A stretch of 48,180 bases of DNA from Fidelibacterota bacterium (lineage in GTDB: Bacteria; Fidelibacterota; Marinisomatia; Marinisomatales; Marinisomataceae), in the NCBI GenBank assembly GCA_017856055.1, contig JAFMFP010000003.1:1-48180 (forward strand). The letters are read 5' to 3'. Positions 19,057 to 28,163 of this stretch are shown piece after piece. Numbering within the stretch: the stretch's first letter is position 1; each line of letters starts with the position of its first letter. The notes under the pieces were generated by a model. It had not been told where the DNA came from. It made no database searches and saw only the letters and a program-made list of their open reading frames with translations. The position numbers were made by a program, and so were the translations under genes.

Positions 19057-19765
19057 GATTTATTATTTATTTGGGCTTATTTTAAGTGGTATTATAGCAG
19101 TATTTCTTTTCAATTATGTGATACTTCCAATTTATATTAATCAAAAAAATATTATTACAATTCCAAGTTATGAAGGTTTAACCATCGATGAATCTCAATC
19201 TCTAGCTGAACAAAATAAAATTCAAATTACGGTAGTTGATACGGTTTATTCTAATGATTTATCACCAAATCTAATTCTTGAACAATTTCCTAAAGCAGGT
19301 AAAAAAGTTAAAAAAGGAAGAATTGTTAAAGTAAAAATTACGCAATGGAATGAGAAAATTTCTATTCCTGATTTAGTAGGAAAGACTTTAAGATCAGCTC
19401 AGATTGAACTAGATCAATTAGGAGTTGAAGTGGATTCAGTTTATTACGCATTTAATGCTAATTTTGATAAGGGACTAGTATCCTGGCAATATCCTACTCC
19501 AAAAGATAGTCTGAGAAAGGGTTTTGGTATAAGATTAGAAGTTAGTCAAGGATCAAATCCAATTGATCTTGTACCTGTTCCTGACCTTCAAGGATTATTT
19601 TTGAGTGAAGCAGTGGAAAAAATCAGTGAAAGTAACTTAATAACTGGAAAAATTAAATTTATTAAAAATGAAAGATTTCTTCCCAAAACTGTTTTTAACC
19701 AAAATCCACCCTCGAACACAAAAGTAGAAAGAGGAACCAAAATCGATTTAATAATTAATGAATAA
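19049..19765 (+). CDS. PASTA domain protein (N-terminal TM plus 3 PASTA)
   Basis: IPSYEG..QFPKAG, IPDLVGK..QYP and VPDLQG..QNPP repeats; start ATG 19049. Confidence 0.88.
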   Translation: MSKIYYLFGLILSGIIAVFLFNYVILPIYINQKNIITIPSYEGLTIDESQSLAEQNKIQITVVDTVYSNDLSPNLILEQFPKAGKKVKKGRIVKVKITQWNEKISIPDLVGKTLRSAQIELDQLGVEVDSVYYAFNANFDKGLVSWQYPTPKDSLRKGFGIRLEVSQGSNPIDLVPVPDLQGLFLSEAVEKISESNLITGKIKFIKNERFLPKTVFNQNPPSNTKVERGTKIDLIINE

Positions 19766-20732
19766 ACACCTAATAACAATTCTTTCAATAATTTTAATTC
19801 AATGTAATAGTGGAAAATCTACTAATATCATTCAAGATTCGAATAATTTTTCAGCTTCAATAGCCATTGATTATCATGATTGGACAAAACAAGATTCATT
19901 ATTATTTCAGGTAGAATATATTTCAAACTTTCTCACAGATTTGAATCTTGAAGTTGTTTCAAATAATAAATCTCAAAACTTTACTATAACCCCATCCGAA
20001 AGTCTAATAATTTTTGAAGAAAGGTTTTTATTCCCAATTGGGGAATCAATTTCATTTAATATTTATGACAAGAGAAATGTCATTTACAGTCAAGAATTGT
20101 TTTTTGAAATTCCCGATTTTAAAATTTTGCTAGTGGATGAAAATCCTTTGAAAGTTGATGACAGGCTCTATAAAACTCTAAAGAAAAATTTAATCTTTGA
20201 AAATTTAGATAAAATTTTTATTGATGACTTGATTAAAACTCCCTTATCAAGCTATGACTTAATTTTATTTTCAAATATCAGTTTCTTAACTGCTAATGAA
20301 ATTGAAAAACTCCAGCAATTTCTGTTAAATGGCAAAAAGGTGTTTTTTATTTTAAATGAAAGAATTATTAAAAATAAAGATTGGGAATTTCATTTTAGTT
20401 TTCCAAAGATTTCATCAGTTCGCGGATCGTCAGTAAATCAATTTTTTATTGCTGATATCGACACTGAATTTTTTTCCCACGCTCTTGATGTTAATAGTCT
20501 TAAAGATTTAAAAGTTTTCAGATATTTTGAATTAACTCCTAATCAAAGCTTTAGTTATTTAATTAATCTAAAAAACCAAAATCCGCTTCTTTTTTCCAAA
20601 AACGTTCTTACTGGAGAAGTTTATTATTTTAATTCATCAATTGAATCTAATTGGACAAATAGCGTTTCATATGAAATGATTTTAGATACTCTAGTTGAAA
20701 TTGCATTGCAAGAAAAAAGTTTGAATGAATAG
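19758..20732 (+). CDS. hypothetical lipoprotein with class I GATase-like C-terminal domain
   Basis: Lipobox-like ILIQC; YDLILFSNI...LQQFLLNGKKVFF and PLLFSK...GEVYYF...NW resemble the domain seen in BatA-type membrane proteins. Confidence 0.5.
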   Translation: MNKHLITILSIILIQCNSGKSTNIIQDSNNFSASIAIDYHDWTKQDSLLFQVEYISNFLTDLNLEVVSNNKSQNFTITPSESLIIFEERFLFPIGESISFNIYDKRNVIYSQELFFEIPDFKILLVDENPLKVDDRLYKTLKKNLIFENLDKIFIDDLIKTPLSSYDLILFSNISFLTANEIEKLQQFLLNGKKVFFILNERIIKNKDWEFHFSFPKISSVRGSSVNQFFIADIDTEFFSHALDVNSLKDLKVFRYFELTPNQSFSYLINLKNQNPLLFSKNVLTGEVYYFNSSIESNWTNSVSYEMILDTLVEIALQEKSLNE

Positions 20733-21834
20733 CTCAAACGAAAAAGCACTCGTAGTTGCACCTCGAACATATAAAAACGACAAGAACTATAATCATAGTT
20801 CAGATGAAATAAAAGAACTTCTGAATACACTTGGAATAAAGGTAAGTGGCTTGATTACTCAAAATATTAGCGTCATAAACCCAGCATATTTTGTTGGAAA
20901 GGGAAAGGCAAATCAAATTTCTGCGCAAGCTTCTGAACTAAAAGTTGACTACGTTGTTTTTGATGAAGATTTAAGTCCAGTTCAAATTAGGAATTTTCAA
21001 AAAATGAATAAAGATGTACGGTTTATTGATAGAACTGGAATTATTCTAGAAATTTTTTATAATAATGCTAAATCAAAAGAATCAAGAACTCAAGTTGAGC
21101 TTGCAAGATTAGAATATCAACTACCGAGATTAACGCGATTGTGGACACACCTAGAAAGACAGATGGGTGGGTTTGGTACAAGAGCTGGAGCTGGAGAAAC
21201 TCAAATTGAAGTTGATAGAAGAATAATAAGAAAAAAGATCAGTTTTCTTAAAAAAAGATTATCTGATATAAATAAAAATCGAATTGTTCAGAGTAAAAAT
21301 AGACAGAATTTTTTCCGCGTATCGTTTGTTGGATATACTAATGTCGGTAAATCATCATTAATGAAAGCAATGACAGGCAGCGATGTCTATATCAAAAATG
21401 AGCTATTTGCAACTTTAGATACTACAGTGAGAAAATTATATATTGGTGATCAAAATTATGTTTTATTAAGCGATACAGTTGGTTTTATCAGAAACTTACC
21501 TGACAATTTAATTGCCTCATTTAGATCAACTCTTCAAGAAGTAGTTGATTCTAATCTATTACTGGTAGTATTAGATGCTAATTCACAAGACCTATATAAT
21601 GAAATTGAAACTATTAAAGAGGTATTAAATGAAATAGGAGCCAAAGAAATTGATGTTCAATATATTTTTAATAAAATTGATTTAGTGGATCAAGAAAAAA
21701 TTATCTATCTAAAAAATCTAATTCCTGAAGCAATTTTGGTGTCCGCAGAAAGATCTCTTCAAATTTCAAAAATAAATGAATCTATAAAGAATAAATTTGA
21801 ATCTTGGATTAAGATTTTTCAGAAGAGTCAATAA
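20725..21834 (+). CDS. hflX: GTPase HflX
   Basis: QVELARLEYQLPRL, GAGETQIEVDRR, GYTNVGKSS, LFATLD, DTVGFI and NKID motifs. Confidence 0.96.
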   Translation: MNSSNEKALVVAPRTYKNDKNYNHSSDEIKELLNTLGIKVSGLITQNISVINPAYFVGKGKANQISAQASELKVDYVVFDEDLSPVQIRNFQKMNKDVRFIDRTGIILEIFYNNAKSKESRTQVELARLEYQLPRLTRLWTHLERQMGGFGTRAGAGETQIEVDRRIIRKKISFLKKRLSDINKNRIVQSKNRQNFFRVSFVGYTNVGKSSLMKAMTGSDVYIKNELFATLDTTVRKLYIGDQNYVLLSDTVGFIRNLPDNLIASFRSTLQEVVDSNLLLVVLDANSQDLYNEIETIKEVLNEIGAKEIDVQYIFNKIDLVDQEKIIYLKNLIPEAILVSAERSLQISKINESIKNKFESWIKIFQKSQ

Positions 21835-23074
21835 TTGTAGCAATAGCTGCATCGCCAGTGACATTTGCCGAAGTTCTAATCATATCGAGAATTCGATCAA
21901 CTCCTAAAATTAATGCAATTCCTTCACTTGGTACATTAATTGCTTCAAGGATAATAATAAGCATTACTACCCCTGCTCCTGGAACCCCAGCTGTACCGAT
22001 TGAAGCTAAAACTGCAGTAGCAACAATGGTAAATTGATTAGAAATGGTTAAATCAATTCCGAGAGCTTGTGCGATAAAAACCGCAGCAACTCCTTGGTAA
22101 AGAGCAGTTCCATCCATGTTGATGGTTGCTCCTAAAGGTAGAACAAAAGATGAAATTTCTTCATTAACCCCTAAATCTTTCTCACATCTTTTCATTGTTA
22201 CAGGAAGCGTAGCTCCACTTGAACTGGTTGAAAAAGCAACTAATTGAACAGGGATCATCTTTGAGAAAAAATCTTTTAGTTTAATATTGCTGAAAAATTT
22301 TAATAATGTGGTATAGGTAATCATCACATGAGATAAAAGTCCAAGTATTACTACACTCATATAAATCAATAAAGCTTGGAGAATTCCGGTAATATAGCCT
22401 AAATCTCCAGAAATCGTTGAAAAAGTTTTTACTATCAATGCAAAAACACCGAATGGTGCAAAGTTCATAATTAATTCAACTAATCGAATGATTGTTTGAT
22501 TTATGCCCTCGAGAAAGCTTAGTACTGGTTGAGAAAACTTCTTATCTATTCCTATAATAGCTAATCCAAATATTATTGAAAAGAAGACAACTTGTAACAT
22601 ATTACTATTGTTGGACATTGCATTCAAAGCATTAGAAGGAACCATGTCCACTAATGGCTGAAGAGGACCTCGACTTTCTTTTAAAGTATTTGCCTGTTGT
22701 TTTTTATCAAAGGCTTGAGAAGTAGAATCTTCACTTAAAAATTCTTGATAAGAATCAGGGACATAATTCCCAGGCTCAATAATATTTACAAGCAACAATC
22801 CTATAGTCACAGCGATAGCTGTAGTGATTAAATATAAAGAAATCGTTTTGAGTCCAATTCTAGATAATTTAGATGTATCTGAAAGAGAAGCGACACCAGT
22901 AATTAAAGATGAAACAACCAATGGGACAGCAATTAATTTTAATAAATTGAGAAAGATAGTGCCAAAAGGGGCAATATAGTTTGTTGAAAAAGTTCCAAGG
23001 TTGTTTATTGAACTGAAAAAGCCAAAAATGACTCCTGCAACAAGGCCAATTATAATTTTCCAATGTAACTGCAT
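21809..23074 (-). CDS. dicarboxylate/amino acid:cation symporter (DAACS, GltP-like)
   Basis: AFSTSSSGATLP, GATINMDGTALY and DRILDMIRTSANVTGD motifs. Confidence 0.93.
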   Translation of the reverse strand: MQLHWKIIIGLVAGVIFGFFSSINNLGTFSTNYIAPFGTIFLNLLKLIAVPLVVSSLITGVASLSDTSKLSRIGLKTISLYLITTAIAVTIGLLLVNIIEPGNYVPDSYQEFLSEDSTSQAFDKKQQANTLKESRGPLQPLVDMVPSNALNAMSNNSNMLQVVFFSIIFGLAIIGIDKKFSQPVLSFLEGINQTIIRLVELIMNFAPFGVFALIVKTFSTISGDLGYITGILQALLIYMSVVILGLLSHVMITYTTLLKFFSNIKLKDFFSKMIPVQLVAFSTSSSGATLPVTMKRCEKDLGVNEEISSFVLPLGATINMDGTALYQGVAAVFIAQALGIDLTISNQFTIVATAVLASIGTAGVPGAGVVMLIIILEAINVPSEGIALILGVDRILDMIRTSANVTGDAAIATIIDSSEKS

Positions 23075-23114
23075 TTGTAGGGAATAATATATGTATTATG
23101 CTTAACTTATTTCA

Positions 23115-24515
23115 ATGATTTATTATGCAATTATATCACTTTATCTCTTAGCACTTCTTTGGATAGGGTATCAAAAGTCTGATTCAGTAAAAACTCAAGA
23201 AGACTTTTCAGTGGCAGGTCGTTCGTTATCACCTTGGATTTTAGTAGGTACTATGGCAGCGACTTGGATGGGAACTGGATCAATTCTGGGAAATGCTGGA
23301 AAGACTTTTGAGGTTGGAGCTGCAGGGTTTTTACTGCCCATTGGAGGAATGTTAGGAATTTTGGTTTTAATAAACGTTTCAGGCAAAGCAAGAGCTTCAA
23401 AAAAACTTACTGTTCCTCAAATAATTGGTGACAGATTTGGCGATGTAGCAATGATTCTATCTGTTATTGCTTTATTAGCAGCTTATCTAGTAATTGTGAG
23501 TTATCAGTTTAATGCTGGTGGAGCAGTTTTGTATACAATTTTTAATGATAATCTAGGGTCAAGTATCTCTTTAGATCAATCAACTATAATCGCTGCTATT
23601 TTTATAATTGCGTATACCATTTTAGCAGGATTATTAAGTGTTGCTTATACGGATGTAGCTAATGGAATATTAATGATAACTTGTTTTGTTATTGCATTCC
23701 CAATTTTGTTATTTCAGGCTGGAGGATTCGAGGGAATGAATGAGTCTTTCTTAGCAAAAGGTCTTCCAAATCAAATGTCACCTTTCAAAGTTTTTACTTT
23801 CAGGGAGATTCTAAATTTTTGTCTTCCTTCATTTCTTTTAATTTTAGGTGATGCCAATATGTATCAACGTTTTTTTGCTAGCGAATCAGTGAAATCTGCT
23901 AGAAAAGCCACTTTTATTTTATTTTTTGCAGTCGTTATTTTAGAATCATTAATAGTGGCCAATGCTTGGGTAAGCTCTAGTATGATTGTTGATATTGAAA
24001 AGCAGTCTCATGTATTAATTTATGCTGCGTATAATTTTTTACCTCCGCTGTTAGGCGCAATTATGCTTGCAACATTAATTGGTGTAATAGTTTCAACCGC
24101 AGACTCTTTTCTTTTAGTTCCAACGACTGTTATCATTAATGATTTATATATGAAATATTCCAAGAATCAATTTTCTGAAAAAAGCATAATCTTGATTAGT
24201 AGATCCATGGTTTTGCTACTAGGTATCTTTGCATATTTTGTATCAAGAATGTTTGCAGCAGATACTACTATTTTTGAAAAATCTTTATATGCTTTTACAA
24301 TTTATGGAACTTCAATCACCCCTTCATTATTAGCTTCATTTTTCTGGGAAAAAGCATCAAGATTAGGGGCAATTTTTTCAATTCTATCTGGAATTGTATC
24401 AACAATTTATTTTGGAAATTTAAGCGGGCTTGATGCAGCAGTCGTACCATCTTTATCAATTTCAGCTTCGGTATTAGTGCTTTTTAGTTTGATAGAAAAT
24501 CAGATTAAAAAGTAG
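23115..24515 (+). CDS. sodium:solute symporter family protein
   Basis: DFSVAGRSL, SVAYTDV, MYQRFFA and STADSFLL motifs; about 13 TM. Confidence 0.9.
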   Translation: MIYYAIISLYLLALLWIGYQKSDSVKTQEDFSVAGRSLSPWILVGTMAATWMGTGSILGNAGKTFEVGAAGFLLPIGGMLGILVLINVSGKARASKKLTVPQIIGDRFGDVAMILSVIALLAAYLVIVSYQFNAGGAVLYTIFNDNLGSSISLDQSTIIAAIFIIAYTILAGLLSVAYTDVANGILMITCFVIAFPILLFQAGGFEGMNESFLAKGLPNQMSPFKVFTFREILNFCLPSFLLILGDANMYQRFFASESVKSARKATFILFFAVVILESLIVANAWVSSSMIVDIEKQSHVLIYAAYNFLPPLLGAIMLATLIGVIVSTADSFLLVPTTVIINDLYMKYSKNQFSEKSIILISRSMVLLLGIFAYFVSRMFAADTTIFEKSLYAFTIYGTSITPSLLASFFWEKASRLGAIFSILSGIVSTIYFGNLSGLDAAVVPSLSISASVLVLFSLIENQIKK

Positions 24516-25107
24516 TTTCAATAGGGGGATTATTTACAAGATATAGTTCTGGGTTTGTTTCTAAGGACCTTCTATAGTAATCAAATTTTTTACCAGTTCC
24601 TTTCCAATTTTCTTCTTGATAAATAATCTTAATTGAAGAATCTTTATTATTCACAACTCCAGACTTAATATGACCGGATATGAATTGAAAATTCCTCCTA
24701 TTTTTTGCCCAGCTGAGATAGACTCTTTTGAGCATTTTAGCATATCCATTTGATTTATATTTTTCCATAATAACAAATGCATACGTATATAAAGTAGTTC
24801 CCTTTCCATAAAATTCATCTCTGAAAACCCATTGTTGATTTTCAAGACTCTCCAAAGGAATTCCAATAATAAATCCAATAATTTCTCCTTGATATCTAGC
24901 AACAAATGGTAAAGATTTTTCGGTGTTGAAATATTTTCGAATTGTATCTTTAGTCAAGATTGCCTCTCTTCCAAATTCTTTAGCTAGATGTAGAGAAATT
25001 TCAATCAGTTTGGGAAAATCATTTTTTCCAATCGATTCAATTTTTTCAATTTTAAAGACATTGGTTTCAGCGATAACTTTTGTAATTGATTCATTTAAAT
25101 AATCCAT
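24505..25107 (-). CDS. hypothetical protein, probable GNAT fold
   Basis: FVARYQGEIIGFIIG and LYTYAFVIMEKYKSNGYAKML resemble GNAT beta4/motif A. Confidence 0.6.
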   Translation of the reverse strand: MDYLNESITKVIAETNVFKIEKIESIGKNDFPKLIEISLHLAKEFGREAILTKDTIRKYFNTEKSLPFVARYQGEIIGFIIGIPLESLENQQWVFRDEFYGKGTTLYTYAFVIMEKYKSNGYAKMLKRVYLSWAKNRRNFQFISGHIKSGVVNNKDSSIKIIYQEENWKGTGKKFDYYRRSLETNPELYLVNNPPIETTF

Positions 25108-25181
25108 AGTGAGATTTTAAAAAAATAAATTTTTCTGATGAAGATATTTGTTTGGTGAACGTAAATAATTAACTTCACACA

Positions 25182-25943
25182 ATGAATTCATATAAAGAAA
25201 AACTTTCTCATTTCATCAAAAAAAATAATTCAAATCTTTGTATTGGTATTGATATAGATAAACAATTCCTTCCTAAAAATTCTTCATTAAAAAATTTGAT
25301 TGAATATTCATTTTCCGTTGTAGATCAGACTCGAGAATTTTGCGTTGCCTATAAACCGAACTTGGCTTTTTTTGAAGAATGGGGTTCAGAAGGTTTTATT
25401 TGGTTGGAAAATTTGCTTAAGCATATTGGAGATCAACATATCATAATATGTGATGCTAAAAGAGGAGATATTGGCAATACTGCAAAGCATTATGCTAATG
25501 CATATTTTGAAACGTTTGGTTTTGACGCTATAACATTAAATCCTTATTTAGGAAGTGATTCTTTACTTCCGTTTTTACAATTTCCAAATAAAGGAATTTA
25601 TGTCCTATGTCAAACTTCTAATAAAAGTGCCCCTCAACTTCAACAGAATACTTCCAGTAAAGTGATTGAAATTTGTGAAGAACTAGACAATAATAACATT
25701 GGTCTTGTTGTTGGAGCAACTAATTCTGAAGGAATGAAAAGTATTCGAACTAAAACTAAACTTCCATTTTTAATACCTGGAATAGGGGCTCAAGGAGGAA
25801 ATTTGCAAGAAATAATTTCAATTAATAAAGAATTTAAATTTGAAACAATCATTAATGTTTCTCGAGCAATTATTTTCTCTGAATCGATCAGCTCAACAGC
25901 AGAACAATATAATAATATGATCAATGAATTTTATGAAAATTGA
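25182..25943 (+). CDS. pyrF: orotidine-5'-phosphate decarboxylase
   Basis: YKPNLAFF, DAKRGDIGNT and LIPGIGAQGG motifs. Confidence 0.96.
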   Translation: MNSYKEKLSHFIKKNNSNLCIGIDIDKQFLPKNSSLKNLIEYSFSVVDQTREFCVAYKPNLAFFEEWGSEGFIWLENLLKHIGDQHIIICDAKRGDIGNTAKHYANAYFETFGFDAITLNPYLGSDSLLPFLQFPNKGIYVLCQTSNKSAPQLQQNTSSKVIEICEELDNNNIGLVVGATNSEGMKSIRTKTKLPFLIPGIGAQGGNLQEIISINKEFKFETIINVSRAIIFSESISSTAEQYNNMINEFYEN

Positions 25944-26502
25944 TTTCGAAAAAATATTTATTGAAACTGAGGCATTAATGCGCGGACACTTTATTCTTTC
26001 TTCAGGGAAACATAGCGATACATATTTTCAATGCGCAAAAGTTTTACAATATCCAAAATATCTTAATCTTTTTGCCCAGGAACTTTATAAAAAATTTGAA
26101 AACTTGAATTTTGACAAAGTTATCTCTCCAGCTATTGGTGGTATTGTTTTAGGTACAGAAGTAGGAAGAAGGTTTGATAAAAGAACAATTTTCTGCGAAC
26201 GTGAGTCTGGGAAAATGAGTCTTCGAAGAGGTTTTTCAATTGAAAGGGGAGAAAAAATTTTGATAATTGAAGATGTGCTAAGTACTGGAGGGTCTATTCA
26301 GGAAGTAATAAAGTTGATAAATTCTATAGGAGGTGAGGTCGTTGGAATAGGAGTTATCGTCGATAGATCTTTAATGCCAATCCATCTTCATGAGAACTTT
26401 CAATCGCTTTGCAAACTGAAAGCGCAAATTTTTGAAAAAGAGAATATTCCCAACTCTTTGAGAAACATTGCCCCAATTAAGCCTGGAACTAATAAAAAAT
26501 AA
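25933..26502 (+). CDS. pyrE: orotate phosphoribosyltransferase
   Basis: GHFILSSGKHS, PAIGG and IIEDVLSTGGS motifs; start 25933 or 25924. Confidence 0.95.
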   Translation: MKIDFEKIFIETEALMRGHFILSSGKHSDTYFQCAKVLQYPKYLNLFAQELYKKFENLNFDKVISPAIGGIVLGTEVGRRFDKRTIFCERESGKMSLRRGFSIERGEKILIIEDVLSTGGSIQEVIKLINSIGGEVVGIGVIVDRSLMPIHLHENFQSLCKLKAQIFEKENIPNSLRNIAPIKPGTNKK

Positions 26503-26508
26503 AAAAAT

Positions 26509-26536
26509 GGGAACTCTTTTTTAAAAAATAGTTTAA
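26509..26536 (+). promoter_or_regulatory. putative ECF-sigma promoter GGGAAC-N16-GTTTAA
   Basis: In the 51-nt gap before the thioredoxin gene; the same -35 hexamer recurs before degP. Confidence 0.4.
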
Positions 26537-26553
26537 AATTAAAGCGGTATTTT

Positions 26554-26988
26554 ATGAAATTTTTTAGATATATATTTTTTATCCTTCTATGTATTCCTCT
26601 CTTTGCCAATGAATGGGTTTACGATTTTGAAGAAGCTAAAAAAATTGCATTGGAGGATGATAAACTTATTGTTTTAGTCTTTCAAGGTTCAGACTGGTGC
26701 TCTCCTTGTATTAAACTTGATAGAGAAATATGGAATAATAATGAATTTAAAAAGATTGCAAGTGAAAATTTTGTGATGTTATTAGCTGATTTTCCAAGAA
26801 AAAAATCTAATGCTCTAAGTCAAATCCAGAAAGAAAAAAACTATTTGCTAGCTGAAAAATATAATCCAAATGGATTCTTTCCATTTGTAGTGATATTTAA
26901 TTCTTACGGTGAAGTTATTGGACAAACTGGCTATGAAAAAATATCTCCTCAGGAGTATGCAAATAAGATTTTAAAATTTAAAATATGA
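26554..26988 (+). CDS. exported thioredoxin-family protein
   Basis: Signal peptide; FQGSDWCSPC active site; DFPRKK and YNPNGFFP motifs. Confidence 0.9.
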   Translation: MKFFRYIFFILLCIPLFANEWVYDFEEAKKIALEDDKLIVLVFQGSDWCSPCIKLDREIWNNNEFKKIASENFVMLLADFPRKKSNALSQIQKEKNYLLAEKYNPNGFFPFVVIFNSYGEVIGQTGYEKISPQEYANKILKFKI

Positions 26989-28163
26989 TTAAAAAATTAT
27001 TTCTTTTTTTAACGGTAATCAGTTTCAACTTTGCACAAGAGATTGTTAAAGATACTGCTTTACTCATGGGAAGTAGATTTGATTTTACAGTTGTGTCAGA
27101 TTCCAAATCTGAAGGTCAAAAGTTTATTAGCATGGCTATTGATGAGATTAGTCGTATTGAAAAGCTTATTTCTTCATGGGATATTAATTCTCAAACTTCT
27201 CAAATTAATAGAATGGCGGGAATAGAACCCGTTATTGTAGACAAGGAATTATTCTACTTAATTCAAAGAAGCAAAAAGATTTCTGAGCTAACGAATGGAC
27301 TTTATGATATTAGTTATGCATCTCTTGATCAGATTTGGAAATTTGATGGTAGCATTACCACACTCCCTTCAGAAGATGTTTTAAAAAAATCTATATCTAA
27401 AATCAATTATGAAGATATCATACTTGATGATAAAAACTATAGCGTTTTTCTCAAAAATGAAGGTATGAAAATTGGATTTGGTTCTATCGGAAAGGGATAT
27501 GCTGCTGATAAAGCAAAAGAATTGTTAATTCAAAATGGCGTTCAATCTGGGATAATCAATGCCTCAGGCGATATCGCTGCTTGGGGACATCAGCTCAATG
27601 GTGAAGAATGGCTTATTGCAATCAAAAATCCTTTCAATAAAAATAAAATTTTTTCATGGCTTCCTATTGAAAACAAATCAATCGTTACCTCAGGTGATTA
27701 TGAAAAATTTATTATGATAGAAGGTGAGAGATTTTCTCACATTATCAATCCTAAAACTGGGTATCCCGTCAAAGGTTTAACAAGTGTAAGTGTCATAGCT
27801 CCAACAGCAGAGATTGGAGATGCTTTAGCTACAGCAGTTTTTATATTAGGTAAAAACGATGGTCTGAAATTAATTAATTCATTGCCTGAAATAGAATGTT
27901 TAATAGTTGATTCGGATGGAGAATTTTATCCCTCAGATAATTTAGCTTTCAAAAAAGATAGTAATAACTATAAAAATTTGAAAAAATCTTTGTCAAAAAC
28001 ACTAACTAGGGTTAAAGAATATGAAAAAGTCTACATTAATGATCCTGATATGGATTTGAATCCTAGAAAAGTGAATAAATTTGAAACTAATTTTCAGGTT
28101 TATAGAGAATCAGCTTCTGGCGCTAATGGGGGAAAATCAGGAGGTGGGTGTGGTTGCAATTAA
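26985..28163 (+). CDS. apbE: FAD:protein FMN transferase ApbE fused to a C-terminal DUF4266 domain
   Basis: LMGSRF, IGKGYAAD, NASGD, TSGDYE, HIINPKTG and DALATA motifs; aa 343-392 VKEYEKVYINDPDM...YRESASGANGGKSGGGCGCN match DUF4266 as I recognise it. Confidence 0.9.
   Translation: MIKKLFLFLTVISFNFAQEIVKDTALLMGSRFDFTVVSDSKSEGQKFISMAIDEISRIEKLISSWDINSQTSQINRMAGIEPVIVDKELFYLIQRSKKISELTNGLYDISYASLDQIWKFDGSITTLPSEDVLKKSISKINYEDIILDDKNYSVFLKNEGMKIGFGSIGKGYAADKAKELLIQNGVQSGIINASGDIAAWGHQLNGEEWLIAIKNPFNKNKIFSWLPIENKSIVTSGDYEKFIMIEGERFSHIINPKTGYPVKGLTSVSVIAPTAEIGDALATAVFILGKNDGLKLINSLPEIECLIVDSDGEFYPSDNLAFKKDSNNYKNLKKSLSKTLTRVKEYEKVYINDPDMDLNPRKVNKFETNFQVYRESASGANGGKSGGGCGCN

Noticed and set aside
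27940-28020. ApbE-DUF4266 fusion as a simple assembly frameshift
   Set aside because: I found no hydrophobic signal peptide or lipobox for a stand-alone DUF4266 in the linker, so a single indel or stop would not restore two normal genes. Read-level confirmation is still advisable.
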